A stretch of 64,000 nt of DNA from Basidiobolus meristosporus CBS 931.73 (lineage: Eukaryota; Fungi; Basidiobolomycota), in NCBI GenBank assembly GCA_002104905.1, contig MCFE01000010.1:186001-250000 (forward strand), in the 5' to 3' direction. The translations under genes and the position numbers were made by a program. The notes below the pieces were generated by a model, which did not search any database, was not told the DNA's origin, and saw only the letters and a list, made by a program, of their open reading frames with translations. Below, piece by piece: positions 22,660-37,622 of this stretch (position 1 is the first letter of the stretch; the number at the start of each line of letters is the position of its first letter).

Positions 22660-24177
22660 TCACACGAGTGTAGAGACTTGCAAACCCAACGAGCTGTGCC
22701 GGTATGGCGTACTGGTCGGTGAGGGGGCTTTCTCGCTGAATATCTCACTTTGAGTGGCCTTAGGACCGGTGTCTGGAATCCCCATAGCATGCCGTAGCCG
22801 GGTCTTCATCCGACGAAGCTTCTCACAAAATTTGTCGGCCGCTTGGTGCATGCTGCGGCGACGCTTGACATGGATCTCGGGTTTGGTGGGAGGGGAGATC
22901 GTGCTTGAGGCTATAGTGGTGGCCATGTCAGAGTCGGAGTGGTTGGATGATTTAGATTTGGAGGTTAAGAATGTCGAATCAGGCAAGTGATTCTGATCCA
23001 CTGTTGTTATGAGCTCCTGCGTCTCCTCTGGCAGCTTGGATGGTTCACATGGCTCATGTGTTATCGATTGTTTGAGATTGTTGACTGGCTTTTCAGTCAA
23101 CACACTGTGAGCAGAGGCAGGTGATCCAGAATTAACAGATGCGCTTCTTGAGAGTCTCGAGAGAATGGAGGTAGATGATATACTTCTGTGCTTTGGGCCA
23201 GCTAGAGTGTTTCCTCCATTCTTGCTGTTCAGAAGAAAGGAGGAGATGATGGAAACTCTTGCCTTGGAATGGCCAGGAGACTTTGTGCTCAATCTCAGGA
23301 TACTTGAGCGCAAGCTGGAGAGCAGCGGAGAGCGTGCAAGTGGCTTAGGCTCGATCATAGAGTTAAGGGTTGAGACCAATTTATACTCGATGGTCGGCAT
23401 GGACCCCAGGGTGTTACTCAAGTTTCGCAAAGACAAAGGCATCGCGTTCGTGGCAACTGAAAGAAAAGTTAGCGGTTGGAGGTCTGACCCATGCAAACAA
23501 AACATACCGAATTTTACTACGTTTTTAGGGACCCAGCCTCTGGGATCACCATCGACCACAAATACCATCCGACATTTACTGTCGTCTTCCGGTTCGGCAA
23601 ACACACACATCCCTAGGAAGCCAACATTCATACGAAGCACACCCTTGTTCATGGGACACAGGGTATGCTCCATGCTCTTTCCGACCATGACATATTTGCC
23701 GTCCTCCAGTTTCTTCATGGTGGAGAAAAGAAGAATGTCTCTAGCCGATATCGGCCAGATGGGCTTGGTCCTGACGTACTGGAAACGAGTGACTGGGTCT
23801 ACTACCTCGACGATTTCCGCCGCGTCGATTAAATCCTCCCACTGCTTCCACCTTTCCACATCCAACATGTACTCGAAGGCCAGTTCCGGTTTACAAGCAA
23901 GGCGGGCAATGATTTTGTACCCATAACTGACCTTGGGGTCCTGGAAGATGTGAATATAAGGCTCTTCAGTACGGTGTAACACCTTCGAGAATCGATCACT
24001 TTCTAGGGAGCTATCCAAGGAGTCGACAAACTGGGAGAGCATCCGCTCGCATTCTTTCGAATATTGGTGGTTGAAGGCTTGAAGCAGGGATGGAATTCAA
24101 TTAGCCTGGATTAGTACAAATATACTGCAGTTATAGCTCTACTAACTAGCTTCATTATCACTCTTCGGCTCCGACAT
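22660..24177 (-). CDS. START (StAR-related lipid transfer) domain protein with long Ser-rich C-terminal tail; probably 3 exons
   Basis: YMLDVERWKQWED, YVRTKPIWPISARDI, DGDPRGWVPKNVVK START motifs; predicted first exon MSEPKSDNEA (24177-24147) spliced in frame; in-frame 51-nt intron 23507-23457. Confidence 0.85.
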
Positions 24178-25640
24178 CGGTGTTGGGGCTAGACGAGTAG
24201 GCTTGGGTGGAGATTGGGATAGGGACTAGAATGAAGGGGAATCAGCCAGAAGCAGGTTTTAGAATAATACAGTCTATGGTTTAAGTTGGAAGTGCTATAT
24301 TCAAATAGCAGCTATCGACCGCAGTTAGAAATTTTGTGGACAGATTAAATATGATGAGGTTGGTTATATAGGAGATGATTACAAGTGGCAAATTGGCAGG
24401 ATAACAAGTGATAAGAGGGTTGTTAAAGGGAATGAGCTCTGAAGCAAAGGAAAATGTACAAAAATGAAGGAGTTGCCAATGAGCTATGTGGAGCTGGCGG
24501 GGCTTTATAAGCTGAGACGTAGACGTTTTCCCCAACCGGCATTATAGTTGTGAGGTGATGCAAGTGTTTTCAGGAGAATTCTCGATAACTAACCTGTTTC
24601 TCGCCGCAATAGGAAAGAACAATAATATCGAATGGTTTTTATGAGGTGCAGTCAATGTCGTAATCGAATTATAATGATATTGAGGTGGAAGGCTGACAAT
24701 TAGATGGCTATTTCATGATCGATTATGTGATTGTCATCTAAACGTTTCTCAAGGGTAATTATCGAGATTGGGATTGAGGCGATTGTAAGGAATGCTCTAA
24801 ATTGGAACATAATTAGACAACCGTAACTCATAGATTGCATCGGTTTTGAATGTAATCACTGCTGACCATCCAATCACGTCTCCTGATTCCGTGAGACTCA
24901 TGAGTGTCCCTGCGCGCCCGTTAATTACATGTTCATGCTCCATTACTAAAATTGCAATGAGTGGGTGATTGATCTCGTATCTGGCACGCGCATAGGGCCA
25001 CCAGCAAGGGTATTGAATCCCAATTCTGCCGCGTGGGTCCACCCATTGCAATTCCGTAGAATCGAGCAATGAGAGATGCGCAGCCAGGCTGGGGACAGCA
25101 GTGGTGAATTAGCTCATCAACCATGGCCGTTCGAGAACCCTTCATCACCTGTGCCAATCTCTTGATGTAATCCTTGCTCTCGACGAGTATGTGATGTAAA
25201 AATATTCCTGTCCAAATGGAAGTGGTTAATAATAGCCATTCCATGTTTACGACTCAAATCACATACTGTACTCCAACAGTAACTAATATCCCTATAAGCC
25301 CGGCAAGTACCGTTGTTGTCCTACTTTATCATCGCAATGGGAGCCAATAAATCTGTCCGACCCGTAGCTACCATTGGTAGCTGTTGTCTTGGAGGTTAGG
25401 GCAGAGTTGGTCCTAAAGATACTCTCCATCATATTTGGTTGGCTCTGGAGTCATGATTGATTTTCTATTTGATGTCTATTTTTACAGGCGCCAGACACCT
25501 TGGCTCTAATATAAATAAGCACATATGGAACGCCAAGTCTTTAAACTCTCCGAATCCATATAGTGTAGGCCTCCATCTTGCCAGAGAATAGTTAGTTGCA
25601 TCGTGGATCTTACTCTAACTACTTTAAGATACTGAGTAGG

Positions 25641-27975
25641 ATGATGGAGATTCCTAAACCGCTGACAGCCAAACTTACTAAAGGCACCAACACCACCTAC
25701 TCAACAACTCTACCACCCATTCTACTGGCCACACATCAGTCTATCCTCCCCATACCACCAGTACTTCCTTCCCCAAACACAATATCCATTGCACATCCGA
25801 AACTCCCCAACCCTGCAATTAATCCTGTTTCGGGGTCGCAGACCGTTTCGATCCCTCCCGGAAACAACCCCGATCCCCGTACACCTCCGGAGGAAGCCAG
25901 CGAAAACGTTACCCAGGGATACGATCCTTGCAAAAACCCCTCGGACACCGAGAGCTCCGATTTAGAAGGTGAGGCCATGCTGAAGAAACCTTCGGGTGTG
26001 AACCTTAGCATATCCAATACGGACGAACTCCGTAGACTAGCTCTAGAGTCCAGGGAGAGTTTGGAAGTCTTGGTGGCAAAGACGCACGAAACAACACCAG
26101 GGTCCGCGGATAAGGCGCGCTCAATACTGATCAGCACATGGTAATTATTTACGTAGTCAACACAGATATCGATGGCTCTCTACAACAATTCAACCGATGC
26201 TAGGTTGATTGACCATTACGAGTCGGTAGATGATCAAAGCGTCTCCAGAGAGGCACTGTATAATCAATATACTTTGTATTGTGATAAGATCGGCGTGCAT
26301 CATGTCAACTCGGCAAGTTTTGGAAAAATTGTACGCTCGGTATTCCCCAATATCACCACCAGGAGGCTCGGAACAAGGGGCCAGTCGAAATATCCTTTTG
26401 AAATTAGCGTGACTAATGTTCGGATTTCAATATATTACCCATAACTTTGGAATGCACGTATCATTACTGGGGCATTCGGGCTAAGCAAGCGTCAACAGCC
26501 CCCTTTGCTCATAATACCATGGCTCCTATTAGAAGGTTTGAGTTTTGCAGGCGCTCCCCCCATACACACGCTAACCTTTATCGCAAACAACAGAAAGAAC
26601 AGTCAAGAATCCTCCCGATCGGAATCAAGCTCCAACGGCGACAGCTGGCACCCTATAGATATCGACACACGAAGTGACAACGGCGGCTCTTCTGACCTGG
26701 TTTCTACAGCAATGGCGAACTTCACGACACTATATAGAACTCACTGTCAAGTTATATACGACCTGGCTGAACGGCAAAACTTTGCTGGAGTTAGTAATTT
26801 ACCGTTAGATCTTGGCTGGAATGTTGCAACTGATCGAATACTGCTTAGATTTCCACAGTGATTAAGCAATTTTGGCAAGAGCTGGGGCCTCCATATAGGG
26901 GGATCGCAAATCATCCGGAAGTCATCCACAACATTGGAAATGACGACACAATACTTTACGATGTTAGTGCAGTTGTTATTGTTCCGGGATGTACCTCCAC
27001 CATCTTGTCTGATTGCTACCTAGAACATTTCTAGGCTGCTATTTGCCACAGTTTTGACCCCTCTACCACTAACTACGCTCCAGGCTATCCAAGATTTCGC
27101 CAAGCAATACGACGAATGGGTCGTTGTTTCGCTGTATGGTCATTCCCAGCAGCTGTGCTCGAAGAAGCTTGAAGGTATGGCGATGCACTTCAGACATGGA
27201 CTCTGGATGCTACTGACCGTTCATTTGTAGTCGCTCGCACCTTCACCGGAATCCTTGCCAAACTTTGCTCGCTAAACCACCTAAGTCAGTCGGCAGCATC
27301 CATTGTCCAGAACAAGGATCAAACTACTCAAATGGTTGCCGACTGGGACAGCATTGATTTCGAATCGCTACGTGATCAAGCAGCAATAATATGTCAGTGT
27401 GGCAAAACCGATCTGGTTCAAATAAGTGAGTCGTCTATTAAGACATTTTCTACAGAGCCCTTAATTAACCCACTGCCATCAAGTGGAAATCGACATAAAG
27501 CAATTGCTGCAGTCATCTGCCCAGTTGGATCAATGGGTTGGCTGGGTTGAAACGATATGCAGTAAATTTGTCGGAGAGGTACCATGTCGATTCGTCACAG
27601 CGTAGACTGCTTAAGTGGACCTGCTGACGGCCATCTCTCATTTAGAATCTCACCGAAGAGGGAATCACTGGTGCGCAAGCATTTGCGCTGAAATGGTCTT
27701 ATTTTGGGTCGCTTGTCATCCGAGACCTCTCCATACGCAGCGCCCCAAGCTTTGGTTTGTGCTCTTCCTGTCGTTCGCGCATGAAAGTTACTGGATTAAC
27801 CGTCAATCTAGGTTCTTTTCAAATCCTAAGGCTGTTTATCGACGATTATGTTTATCATTTAGTACAGAAACAGATAGCGCAGGCAGCCAGTGTCAATACT
27901 ACATCACCCACTCAGCCTTCAATGTTACCACGCCCCGTGCCGCTATCATCCACTTTTCCCTCTAGAATACCCTGA
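25641..27975 (+). CDS. RFX1: RFX-family transcription factor (DNA-binding plus extended dimerisation domains), multi-exon; true start uncertain
   Basis: Spliced DBD WLIDHYE...LYNQYTLYC...[37 protein letters not shown]; C-terminal FALKWSYFGSLVIRDLSIRSAPSFGSFQILRLFIDDY matches the RFX dimerisation region. Confidence 0.92.
26390..26457 (+). other. U12-type (minor spliceosome) AT-AC intron in the RFX gene
   Basis: 5' end ATATCCTTTT, branch-like CCCATAAC at 26438-26445, 3' end GCAC; removal joins AA+G TAT CAT TAC = K-Y-H-Y and restores the conserved SKYHY of the RFX DBD. Confidence 0.9.
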
Positions 27976-28129
27976 CAACCGCTTCGTTGCGAAGGAACGA
28001 CTCTCTACGAGATGAATAGAGCTGTAATGAATGCCAACTATTGGCATATATGTAGATGTCACCCAACTGGTAGCTGTATAGTTAACTATCCTTTATTTAT
28101 CTTTGCAAGAAGCCACTAGCAATCTATTA

Positions 28130-29230
28130 TTATGGTTGGATCGAAGTTAATAAACTATGGTTCATAACTGAGTAAATCTTTGTGCATGTATCAATACACT
28201 GCTCTATCGCCTAAAAGTATTAAAGAACGCTGTTGAGTATTGGCGTTGGCGGCGGCTGGTGTGCTAAAAACACTTACCTGATTAGACATGGCCACCTCGG
28301 TCTCTCCTCCTAGAACTATGTGTGTGACTTCGTTAAGGGATGGCATGTAAGAGAGAACCAACGACCCTTGCTGTAGCTCCTCTTCGCTAGATGTACAATC
28401 AAGGATTACTTGAGATTGGAAGAAACCCTGTCGTCCCAGGAAAATTGCGGTTAGTACATGGGTATGTAGCTTCACATTTAACCAGCTTGCATTACCCCTG
28501 ATGAAGCGGCAACCAGGTCAAGCATCTCAATACCAGCATCAGCCAGAGCAACTGAAGCGCAGGTGATAGCCGCAGCAACAGTATTTCCAATACCGTCGCT
28601 CTCCAAAACACTGATGTAAATATCTACGACAGATTTAGGGAACAACTCCAGCCGAACTGAAGGAGTTAGGGCTTGGGTAATGATTTGGGATAGCTCTCTC
28701 TCTTGAGCATCCTGAAGAAAATGTATGAGCTGGGAAAGCTTAGGTTATCGGTGCTATATATATATATATACGTACTCTAAGATGACCACGACGCTTGGCA
28801 CAAGAGAACGGTGTGAATTTGAATTCGCAATTCAATTCCCCCTTGTTATTGAACGAAGGCTTCTTGGCTTGTCTGGGACCGTAGCTAGATTGAAAGAATC
28901 ACTATGTGAGCCATTTGCCTCGAGCAAAGGTAAATTTGGGAAATATTCCCTACATGGCACAAGCAATCTTGGTATGTTGCATCTCGATGTAAGCTGAACC
29001 GTTGGCCTGGCTGATCAATCCAGTTTTCAGAACTACAAATTAAACGGGATCAATCTCCTGCAACTGCTAGTATAAGCAAAAAGCATCATACATATCGGGC
29101 GGAGTTCTTCGGTTGATCTCCCGTCACTGCGTTTTTCCGCCAATGTCATAGGAATCACAGCTGGTGCCTTTTGATCTGTAAAGATTGGGGCCACGCTGAG
29201 TTCAGGGCCGTTGATGCGTTTTCTATCCAT
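28130..29230 (-). CDS. MTR3: Exosome RNase PH-like subunit Mtr3/EXOSC6, 6 exons
   Basis: N-terminal DRKRINGPE (as EXOSC6 DHRRIRGPE), LKTGLISQANGSAYIE, YGPRQ, FPKSVVDIYISVLESDG, ASVALADAGIEMLDL reconstructed across GT-AG introns. Confidence 0.88.
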
Positions 29231-29651
29231 GCTTTGGCGAGTTTCTTAATAAGTGATGGCGTCGGACTTCCTTTTAATTCAAACTAATTTACACTTGCAA
29301 ACCACAAGAGACTTTATTGAACACACAGCTGGCACTTAGGATGATTTTTTTTCTCGTACAATCAAGTATTTCGCAAACATTTTTTCGCTCGCGAATACTA
29401 AATCGACGATCTTTCGGGAATAACTTAGTTAAGCCAATGTTCGGTGGTACGTATTTGTTCCCCCCCAGTTTTGGTTAAATGGTTGGTGGAATATTGAATT
29501 ATTAAGCATTTGGAGATTTCTCTTGCGGAAAGAGAAAAAAAAGAAAAAAACCGATTGATGGATTTATGACCGTAGCAAGAAGGTCAAGTACAAGTTGGTT
29601 TAGAACGTGAGCAGAATTATCACTTCTTTCTTCCTTCTCTAGATCTTCAAT

Positions 29652-31322
29652 ATGGAATATCACCCGGTCGCTCAGCAACAACTCATGTAAGTCCAGTTTT
29701 TAAACCAAAAAGGCGTTGAATTACTAACACCTTTGGGTTCTAGCTTATGTTGTTCTTGCGGTACCCCTATCCCGCCCAATCCGGCCAACATGTGCCTGAA
29801 CTGCATTCGTAATGAGGTTGACATTACTGAGGGAATCCCAAAACAAGCTACTATTCATTTCTGCCGTAATTGTGAAAGATATCATCAACCACCCAATCTC
29901 TGGGTTAGCTGTCAGCTCGAATCTAGAGAGCTTTTAGCGTTGTGCCTGAAAAAGCTTAAAGGGCTTAGCAAGGTTCGACTTGTTGATGCCGGGTTTATCT
30001 GGACTGAACCTCATTCCCGTAGAATCAAGGTCAAACTAACCATCCAGAAAGAGGTACGTTTTTCTAACAACCGAGGGTTCGTTGCGATCCAGAGCTTTGG
30101 CTTACATGATAATTCTTAAGGTCTTTGCTTCTACTATCCTGCAACAAATTTTTGAGGTCGAGTTTGTGGTTTCCACTCAGCAGTGTGAAGAGTGTACCAG
30201 GGTCGCCGCCCAAAATACCTGGAAGGCCACTGTACAAGTAAGACAGAAGGTAAGGCGCATCAAACTAACATTCCCGGTCATTATGTTTGCTCATTGCTGT
30301 TTGCTTGCCCGTAGGTCAACCATAAGCGTACTTTCATGTACTTGGAGCAGCTTATCCTTAAGCACAATGCCCACAAGGATACAATCAACATCAAGGAAGT
30401 TAGAGATGGGTTGGATTTCTTCTACGCCCAACGTAGTCATGCCGTCAAAATGGTGGAGTTCTTGAGTGCAGTCACCCCTGTTCGCTCGAAGACCTCCGAG
30501 CAGCTTATTTCCAGTGATATTCACAGTGGTACATCCAACTACAAATTCACCTACTCGGTGGAAATCGTACCAGTATGCAAGGATGACCTTGTCTGCCTAC
30601 CCGTCAAGCTTGCCAGATCTCTCGGAAACATCCAGCCTTTAGTTCTTTGCTCTCGTATTGGTAACTCTATCCATGTTATGGACCCGAATACTCTGGAATA
30701 TGCTGATATTTCGAACTCCGTTTTCTGGAGAAATCCGTTCGACTCCCTTGCCACAGTCAAGGATATGGTGGAATACTATGTTCTGGACGTTGAAGTACTA
30801 GGTACTGTCCGTGGAAAGCACGTCTTGGCTGATGTCATGGTTGCACGTAGCAGCGACTACGGCAAGAACGACACCACCTTCTTTGCTCGTTCTCACCTCG
30901 GTGGCATCTTGAATTTGGGAGACACCGTTATGGGCTATGATCTCACCAGTGCCAACTTCAACAATGCCGATTTCGATACCCTCAACAGAAACGCCCTCCC
31001 TGATGTTATCTTAGTCAAGAAGAGCTATCCTAACCGAAAGAAGAAGAACAAGCGCCAATGGAAGCTCAAGAATTTGAACAAGGAGGAAGAAGAGATGGCC
31101 CCCAGAAAGCAAGATCAAGAGAAACTCGAGCAAGACTTTGAGCTCTTCTTGCGTGATCTCGAAGAAGATCCCGAGCTTCGTTCCACCATCAATCTCTACA
31201 AGTCCGAGCAGAAGCCTGATCCTAATGCTATGGAGACCGACGTGGATATGTCTGATGACGAGGGTGCTCCTGAGATTCCTCTGGAAGAACTCCTTGAGGA
31301 TTTAGCTATTAACGATGAATAA
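29652..31322 (+). CDS. NMD3: 60S ribosomal export adaptor Nmd3, 4 exons
   Basis: CCSCGTPIPPNPANMCLNC, WTEPHSRRIKVKLTIQKEV, WKATVQVRQKV.HKRTFMYLEQLILKH; acidic C-terminus ending in the Leu-rich NES-like PLEELLEDLAI. Confidence 0.97.
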
Positions 31323-31857
31323 TTCAGATGGTTTATGCTGACTAGAGTTTTTGAACCCTTCGTTATTTATCACTAGCCCCCATTTCCTCAATAGCCGCTC
31401 ACTTTTCGTCTGTAATTCATATTCCATTTGTTCTACAGCTTTGCATATTGACCTGATTTGTTACAAAGCAATATCCACTGATATTAATGATATAATAATA
31501 GATACAATATATCCCCAACACGCTTTACTGATTTGTTCAGCCAATTTCACTCCTATTCTCCCACCATAGCGATCAGAATTCATGGAAATCGCAGTTGTGT
31601 CGGAATGTGGGTCAAGCATGGTGCCGCAGGTTGATGATTTCATTCAACAGGTTCCATAGAAATGAAAGCTATCACTGGTTCAATTTGGGTAGTTGGTTTG
31701 GTGACCTAGTGTCCCCAATTTGTTCTCAACAAAATGATATGGGGAAGTCACGTGCTTGATCCACCATCAGTGACAAAAAAGTGGGGTTGTAGCATCGGTT
31801 TATGCATACACGACACAACGAAGAGAGGTTGCTTTTATCGACTTTTCTTATCACAAG

Positions 31858-32808
31858 ATGCTCGCTAACGTCGGTTTAAACCTTGTCGCTAAGTCCACTG
31901 CAGGTAGGTATATACGCTTATCCCAAGTCACCCTAATGCAATCGTGCAATCGGATTCCGTCAAGTATGTTTTTCAGCTGCTGAAACCATTCGTCTTTTTC
32001 TAGCTTCAGCCGCTCGTACATTGGCAGTTAGAACTCCCGCTGTTTTGCAAAACCAAAGATTATTCCATTCTACCTCCAAAGATGAAAGCGAGAATGGTAC
32101 ATATTTATACACTCGGAACCCCTTTTCTATCTAACCTCGTATCCAACGCTCAGTATTTACTAACTGACTATTAGCTGTAGCTGCCCCCAAGTTCACTACC
32201 GTCGGTGAACCTAACAGCGTTGCCCGTAAGTTACAGTACGATGCTTTGACTAGATCCCCTGCAGATTCTTATTATGACATTTCCAGAAATTGCCCTTTCT
32301 ACCGTTGATAAATTGGTCAACTGGGGCCGTACCAGTTCTATTTGGCCAATGACTTTCGGTCTCGCTTGTTGTGCTGTTGAAATGATGCATATGGCCGCCG
32401 CCCGTTACGACCAGGATCGTATTGGTATCGTTTTCCGTGCTTCTCCTCGTCAGTCCGATGTCATGATTGTTGCGGGTACCCTTACCAATAAGATGGCACC
32501 CGCTTTGAGAAAGGTTTACGATCAGGTACTTGCTTGGATATGTTCTTTGCTTGCCAACGAGACTGTCTGCTAATCAACTTTTCTAGATGCCCGAACCTCG
32601 TTGGGTTATTTCCATGGGATCCTGTGCTAATGGAGGTGGTTACTATCACTATTCTTACGCTGTTGTTCGTGGGTGTGATCGTATCGTACCTGTCGATATC
32701 TACGTCCCAGGATGCCCACCTACTGCTGAGGCTTTAATGTACGGAGTCATGCAACTACAGAAGAAGATGAGAAGAGGACGTGTTGCCACCATGTGGTATA
32801 GAAAGTAA
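31858..32808 (+). CDS. NDUFS7: Mitochondrial complex I 20-kDa Fe-S subunit (PSST/NuoB), 5 exons, with N-terminal presequence
   Basis: [77 protein letters not shown]. Confidence 0.97.
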
Positions 32809-33168
32809 ATTTGAAGTCGCATTAACTTAAAATTGTCACCCAGGACAAACAGCCTGATATTATGGCCTCTCACCGTCTACTAAACTGGTTCCTTACGGAA
32901 TCAAAATTTTCCTGATTCTCTTCATTCATTCATTTTGCTTCTCGTTGTGAAATTCGATCTTAAGCGATCGATGTTTACTTAACCCATCTATGGCAACTCG
33001 TGAAATTCCAATAAAAACGTGCTGTATATTTTCTATATGATCCGCCCCCTGGGTTCTTCCCGACACAATGTTCTAAAGGTAATGAGCATTTATTGAGGAA
33101 AACAGTTCTATAAAACAAAAATTGGATTCAAACGAAGACAGGGCAGATGGAACTCCGCCACACTCCCT

Positions 33169-35118
<1,950 letters not shown>

Positions 35119-37622
35119 GGTGTATGCAGTGGAATAACTATTTCAGATGAAGGAGCTCCACATGGAGAACGTCGCGTTTTTATTATTTGGAATACCGAGG
35201 ACAAATTTGGGAATGTGTGGTTGATTGGATCAATATACATGGACCGAGTGTCTGGACAGGGTAAATGAACCAATTTTGGACAGCGTCAATGGTTGGATTT
35301 TCGGGTGCATTTATGATTTGAAATGGTTCAAATGAACAGCAATGCTGGATGGTAATAAATTGTAAAGAGGCTAGAATGTAGCGATAACAAAAATTGCGAA
35401 TCTTGGCTTTTTCTCCTCCTTGAAAGTTCTAGGCGCGTAAGCCAAATGGCGTAAATCCCCATACTTTTCCTTGGCCAGTCTCACCACTCAGTATACCCAG
35501 GCAGCATTCTAGGTGGCCGTCATTGAGAACAAGCATTGAGGGAGCATTAATGAAAGTGAGGCTGCTTAGAAAACCTCGTTGTCCGTGTGGTGAACGCAGA
35601 GCAATGAATCTAGAATCAACATCAAATGAGGCCCAGTTATGTATAATATATATTTTTCCGTTGATTGTCGTAAGATAAGGAGTCATCAGCGCAACCAATC
35701 CTAGCACGATCTCATTCACGAACTCATATCAATGATGGCCAGGACACTAGGAAGAATGTCAAGCACGCAACCTTTTCTACCCTTATCAATCAAATGGGCT
35801 TCCCCAATACAGTAATCCCTCGGTTAAGTTATACTGAATTGATCTTCACGCATTTGCTTGGCACCCATCTGGTGTTACTTTGTACCTTGACAATTCCCTA
35901 GCTTATAGAAAATGTTTAGCCATAAATCCAGGCATCACTCTTTCCACATATATGGCTTGCTCATAATGCAGTACGCTTTGGATGAGCTAGAAACAAGTCA
36001 CTACGTATCGGCCTAGAAAGACCTTTGAGGGGACAGTTCATAATCATATGACTGAGAGAATGCAATCTTGCTTGGCGTGCGATTAAGGGTCCTTCAACTT
36101 TTGGCGGACTGGGATACGTCGATATCCCCTCATTTTCCGCTAAGCCTTCTGGGGCCCAATGTGTATATGCCAAGCTAAATCCATCAACACACGGAATATC
36201 AATGCGAATACTTTTCTATGGTGACACCAGGCAAGAGTATACGTGCGCTCTCAGATCTTAGCCTCGATCCAAGCAGAACGAATACACCACCCTGTCAAGT
36301 ACTGCAAATAAGCCCCTTTCTGGTGGGATTCCATGAACTCTTGTCCGCCCTCACCATCCTGTATTGACGCTCAACGCCAATCTCACGCAACTTTATATCC
36401 GTGATCATAGGCCCTAGATTCGATGGACTGCCTGACCAAGTTCAACAATATATGAGAATCCTTTTTGGAAGGAGCCCAATATCTCGATCTGGCGAGGGCC
36501 GTCGTTCGTGAGTTGACGGAATAATGGCCTGTATCTGCACACTGCCTTGAAGGTGTTGCTTCCCGTTGTAAAAAGCATCTGTCACCACCCCTACCTCAAG
36601 CTTGGCTTTCGTTATCAATCACGATGAATCTCTCAATTGTGATTGAATACCTGACCAATCATCAAAAGCAAGATGGTGACCATCCAGCTCGAAGGTACCA
36701 TGTTGAAACAAACTTTACTCATCTTCTTGGTGCATCCTCTGTAAGAGGTAGGTATGTGTGTGAAATTTCGGAATCAAATCACTTGACCTAAACAGAATGA
36801 TGGGCAATTCTGATCACGTGTGAACACCCACGAACCTTGGTTAATGGAGTGTTTATTTTATTCCAAAAACTGATCACATTCCATCCCTATTGGCTTTGCA
36901 TTGAATTCCATAGTGTCTACATTTTTTTAAAAACCCTTCTTGGGGAATCGAAACCCGAGCCTTCGAATGTTCTCGAAAATACTCAACTCGCCAAATCTGC
37001 TGAACTAGAGTGAGCAGGGCTTTTTTTCTCACAGAGATCCAAGCAAGTTTCACTGGGCTACTCTCTTTCCCTACCATTGGCTCGCCGCCTCCAGCGTATT
37101 ACATAAATTTCATACTTTTACCAAATCAACGTATTTTCCGACGTCCTGTGGCGGATCTTACGGCCAATCATGTTACAGTATCGTTTGGTACTCCAAATAT
37201 AGATAGTTTCGAAACTTCTGTTCAATAAGAAGGTCGTGTACATGCATTTGTACATAGGAATCTTGCCTGTTCGCAAGGCAAAGATGGGAGTATCCTCGAA
37301 TATTTGCAAGCATATTCCAATGATGGTTGGAAAATATCGCATCTCATGTAATTGCTGCTTCAGTTTGCTTAGTGAATGAGTTTTGTAGGTAGGTCTATAT
37401 GCTGATCCATTTCATTTTATGTATGACAATCCATATTTATATCCATATGACATAATGTGATATTATCGGATATTCCTAGCCACAGTAGGGTTTCCGATTT
37501 ACTCAAAACGAGTGAATGAGTTCCGAAATTACTTAGACTATTTTCGTCTACTACCAGCTACCAACACACGATTAGTTTATAGCAGCTCAGCAAAGCAAGC
37601 TTCTCAACCGCCAATTACACCA

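Noticed and set aside
23165-23926. Long plus-strand ORFs opposite real genes (also 2786-3346 and 33310-33756)
   Set aside because: Antisense shadows of the START, NR and CYP51 coding strands; no motifs of their own.
24797-25244. Two overlapping minus-strand ORFs upstream of RFX as a small gene
   Set aside because: No recognisable domain, and no splice model joins the frames convincingly.
15706-27975. Forkhead and RFX proximity as a conserved ciliary (FoxJ1/RFX) or mitotic regulatory module
   Set aside because: About 9 kb apart with TEs and an unrelated gene between; nothing in the sequence supports functional linkage.
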